From the NCBI GenBank assembly GCA_000091205.1, contig AP006496.2: a stretch of 64,000 nucleotides of DNA; one strand, given 5' to 3'. Below, piece after piece: positions 60,900 to 64,000 of this stretch. The notes beneath the pieces are model-generated. The model was given only the letters and a program-made list of their open reading frames with translations. It was not told the DNA's origin and did no database searches. This DNA comes from Cyanidioschyzon merolae. Lineage: Eukaryota. Made by a program: the position numbers and the translations under genes. Within the stretch, counting starts at the first letter, position 1. Each line of letters opens with the position of its first letter.

Positions 60900-63800
60900 A
60901 TCGAGGCACGCCGCGAAATACAGTTTTATGTACCAAGATGTACTGTAGCGCTAATACTTGCGGAGAGCAATAGCAGCAGCTGCCGGTTACATGAGACTGA
61001 GTGAGCAGAGGTTTGCATGCATCTATGCTTCGAAATAGTATTGTGGCTGGGTAGTTGTGGAACGCTCCGCTCGGACATATATTCAGATATGAAAATTGGC
61101 TCTTAGCACTGGGGCGTGGTTCTTGGAACGGTGCAGTGAGAGCGATAAGGATTTCACAGTTGGGAAGATACGAGAAAAATCTATGAAAATTTTTTCAAGA
61201 AAGAAGAGCTGTATTGAATGCAATATGATCAAGATTCGCGACTGAATGTGGAGAAATAGAATTGGTTATAGTCGTACAATTCTACAGCTCCTGCAGTGGA
61301 AAGCATGAAAACGGAAAGTTATAAGGCCAAGGAGTAAATATCTCACGGTTATTCCGTTGATGCACTGCAGATGAGAAGGACTACCAGGAAAAATATCGGC
61401 AGTGAAATGAACCTGGCTGTCAGTAGACTTCACTAGAAAGAACGTAACCACAGCCTGATCCCCATAGTTATAAGGCAGAGTGTACTGTGCCAGAGGCTCT
61501 GCACACTGCTCCAAACTTTGTGTAAGAAGATGTTTATATTTATGTTCTGGTGCCCTGGAGGGTGCACAGTATGTATATACTTCATAATTAATGTAAAGCA
61601 AGTTCCCGTGCTGATGAGCTCAGTCGTGCCAGTCCTGCTGATCGCACAAGGCAGCCTACTGGTAGCAACAAACCGGTGCTTATGGAACGATCGACCTGAT
61701 TGGGCCTGTCGCCACGACTCCGACCGACGAGGCGTACCGCAGAGCGAATCCTGCATACAGTGGAGCTAGTCAGAAAGTCCATGATGTAAGTCTAGATGAA
61801 GCTCAAGTGGGCGCGCGACATTCAACTGGTACCTTGGAGTTTGCTACAGTCTCGTCCTGACAAGCTCCGAGTCTGCCGCGGTACACGCGTTTGGAGTTGT
61901 TCGAGTTCTGGCTCTAGTGCGTTTATCGGCAAAAACCGCTACATGTCCGGAGTGAGCTACAGGTGAAGCCAGTCTGTGCTTTGTGGATACGGTGCAGCCA
62001 GCATGTGCCAGGAGCTGCATCCGGTAAACTCTGGGTCATAAGGAATGAAGGCGAGACGCCAAGCAGCAAGCTTTGAAAAATAAACAAGAAGCAAGGACGC
62101 TAAGGTCAGAGTTTGGGTGCTCGCGATCTTTGCCTCCAACCAAGCATCCCTGAAGCAGCCGCAAGCAGACCTGTATGGGCGAAAAGCTCATTGTCATATC
62201 GGGGCCAGCTGCTCTTCGATGCCGAGGCGGCGCGGTGGCTGATTCCGCCTTCCAGGAACGGTAGCGCGGAACATTGCTATTGCTACTCTAGAGATGTGTA
62301 GGGGCAATAACTAGATAGATTAGTGAACAGTGGTGCGTGAATTCAGTGTACGCGTACAAGAAAGAGCATAGGGAACAATGTTGTGCGTGAATCCAACGAA
62401 TCAGAATACAGACCAGAAAAAGAGGCCTCGATCATGGTCTGTTTCTAGTGCACATGTAGTTCCCTGCATGCTGCCCTGCGACAATGTGTTCATTCCTGTA
62501 AACAATCTATATTGATGGTAAACAATGTTGGATCTCAGCTTGTATGAAAATATGCCTGGTACCGCAAGCACTGCCAAAGCGATAGACTGAGGTGCATTGC
62601 TAGACCGTATTGATGGGCATGGGGGAGGGTAATCAGCTGTACTGGATCTTCTCAACTTCACTGAAAACGGTATCCGAGTCGGAATGCTGAATACGGGTCG
62701 GCAGCAGAAAAACAGTTATAACGTACGCTTAGCGCCTGTGGATGCTTATGGTAAGGACGCGAAGCTAGACGTACATTCAAATCCTGAATAGACCCAACAA
62801 ATTATATCCATGTACTTTGTCTGAACAACCACGGCACGCGCATCGATACGTAGGGTCGCATTCCCGTATACGGCGATTCCTCCGGAGGCCTGCCCTGTCG
62901 ACGTGCGACGCGCAGCTGCTGTTCGCAGTGGCGCCTATTCCGGTGTGCTGCGTGCTGCATAGCGACCGCGCAAAGTGATTACGAGCGCCTCCTACACAAT
63001 GATCGGTAGGCCGAAAAGGAGATTGGAGCTCCTAATAGAAGTAACGTGCCCACCGCTACTGTATTGCTGCCTGAGACCCAAGGGCCGGGTCGTCTTTTTT
63101 TTCCAACATTGCTCTCGGATCATCCATGAATCGGATCCACACGCAGGCAACAACAGGTCCCGGACCTACAAGCTGTCGACGAAGAAACCGCACCAGAGTC
63201 GCCTGGAAGCTAGCCACTAGCAAATTTGAGCTTAGTTACGGCTAGTGCTAGGAACGCTGACAGGGAAGAGATAGAGTTGCAACTGAGAAGATGTTCCAAA
63301 AAAGATATGTAGCTTTGTGCTTGCAGCTGAGTAGGGTGACTTACAGCAAGTTCATAACAATGAAAGAAATACGAACAATGATGACTACTGTGGATATTCG
63401 GAAAGCTCTGAAACGCGGTGGATATGAATGTATGGACGAAGGGCTTGCAAACAACCATCAAAATCGTGTGAAGAAAAACGATGAGGATAGCAGAGTTACT
63501 AAGCGGAGCAAACAACGCACACAGCCATTGGGCTGGTCTGAAGTCGCAGATAATTGAAAGCTCAACAATACCAAGCCATGTGCAGATAAAAGGCCATTCA
63601 TTAGGTACGATGGGAACACAATTCGACAAGAATATAAGCAGAAATATATCGAAAATAACATGAAAAGAGCACTTTCTTTGTTCAGTTAAGATATTTGTGT
63701 AACAATGGAGACAACCTAGCACCGAAAAAGCAGCATTTAAGTACTGTGAGATGTTGAGAGAAGAAAACGGAGACAAAAAATGTTGAAGAACGACACACAC

Positions 63801-64000
63801 GAAACCAACACAAGCGAGCGCGCGATTCAGACCACGCGCGAAGGCCGGGGCCCAAAACATAGGAAACGACGAGGCGGTCAAGCTAAAATGCATCGATACT
63901 ACTGCGCGTACTGGAGTATCCAGGTGGCCACACACAGTCCAATGATGGAAAAGATTCCCCTCGGATCAATCGCTAGAGACATTAATACTGGAATGGGGGG
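60900..64000. other. AT-richer tail of the window with no confident gene. Its long ORFs are Phe/Leu/Ser-rich compositional artefacts
   Basis: There is a visible drop in GC relative to the 1-60 kb region. ORF 63210..63935(-) is low-complexity (F/L/S/C/I). Confidence 0.4.

Noticed and set aside
63210-63935. 241-aa ORF on the minus strand
   Set aside because: Its Phe/Leu/Ser/Ile/Cys-rich low-complexity translation is typical of AT-rich non-coding DNA. No domain was recognised
1-64000. tRNA or rRNA genes
   Set aside because: No convincing cloverleaf-type T-arm or anticodon context, nor rRNA-like conserved blocks, were spotted by eye. A tRNAscan or Infernal run is needed, because absence by eye is weak evidence

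Overview
This is a 64-kb nuclear window from a GC-rich, intron-poor photosynthetic eukaryote, probably an alga and possibly a red alga. The gene set supports that: protochlorophyllide reductase, a plastidic phosphate translocator, LL-diaminopimelate aminotransferase, a mitochondrial complex-I subunit, SHMT, PIP5K, DRG, TRAPP and ENY2. Confident single-exon genes sit on both strands and are separated by repeat-rich spacers. Four structures are most notable. First, a 2.3-2.8 kb repeat family is present in three diverged, frameshifted copies plus one 5' fragment. Its degenerate ORF carries motifs reminiscent of TnpB/Fanzor RuvC-like nucleases (a D-x-D-P-G-N RuvC-I-like box and a YKE...V..VDEFRTS box resembling the TnpB YKA...V..VDP.YTSQ.C bridge). 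Its non-coding termini are conserved. Second, a 5.5-kb palindromic structure has 1.2-kb near-identical inverted arms, each with an intact 249-codon ORF of unknown function. The 3.1-kb spacer encodes a small basic protein whose KGNKAAAVRAR core resembles the N-terminal domain of chlamydial histone-like Hc1. Third, a secreted Kelch-propeller protein ends in a Hedgehog/intein-type Hint (Hog) domain (AVCFPADASV). Next to it is a decayed paralog: a last Kelch blade plus TP-linker fused to trefoil-like Cys-rich modules with two in-frame stops. Fourth, a bacterial Pat-type fusion joins an NDP-forming acyl-CoA synthetase to a GNAT domain. All calls rest on reading translated motifs. No database search was run.
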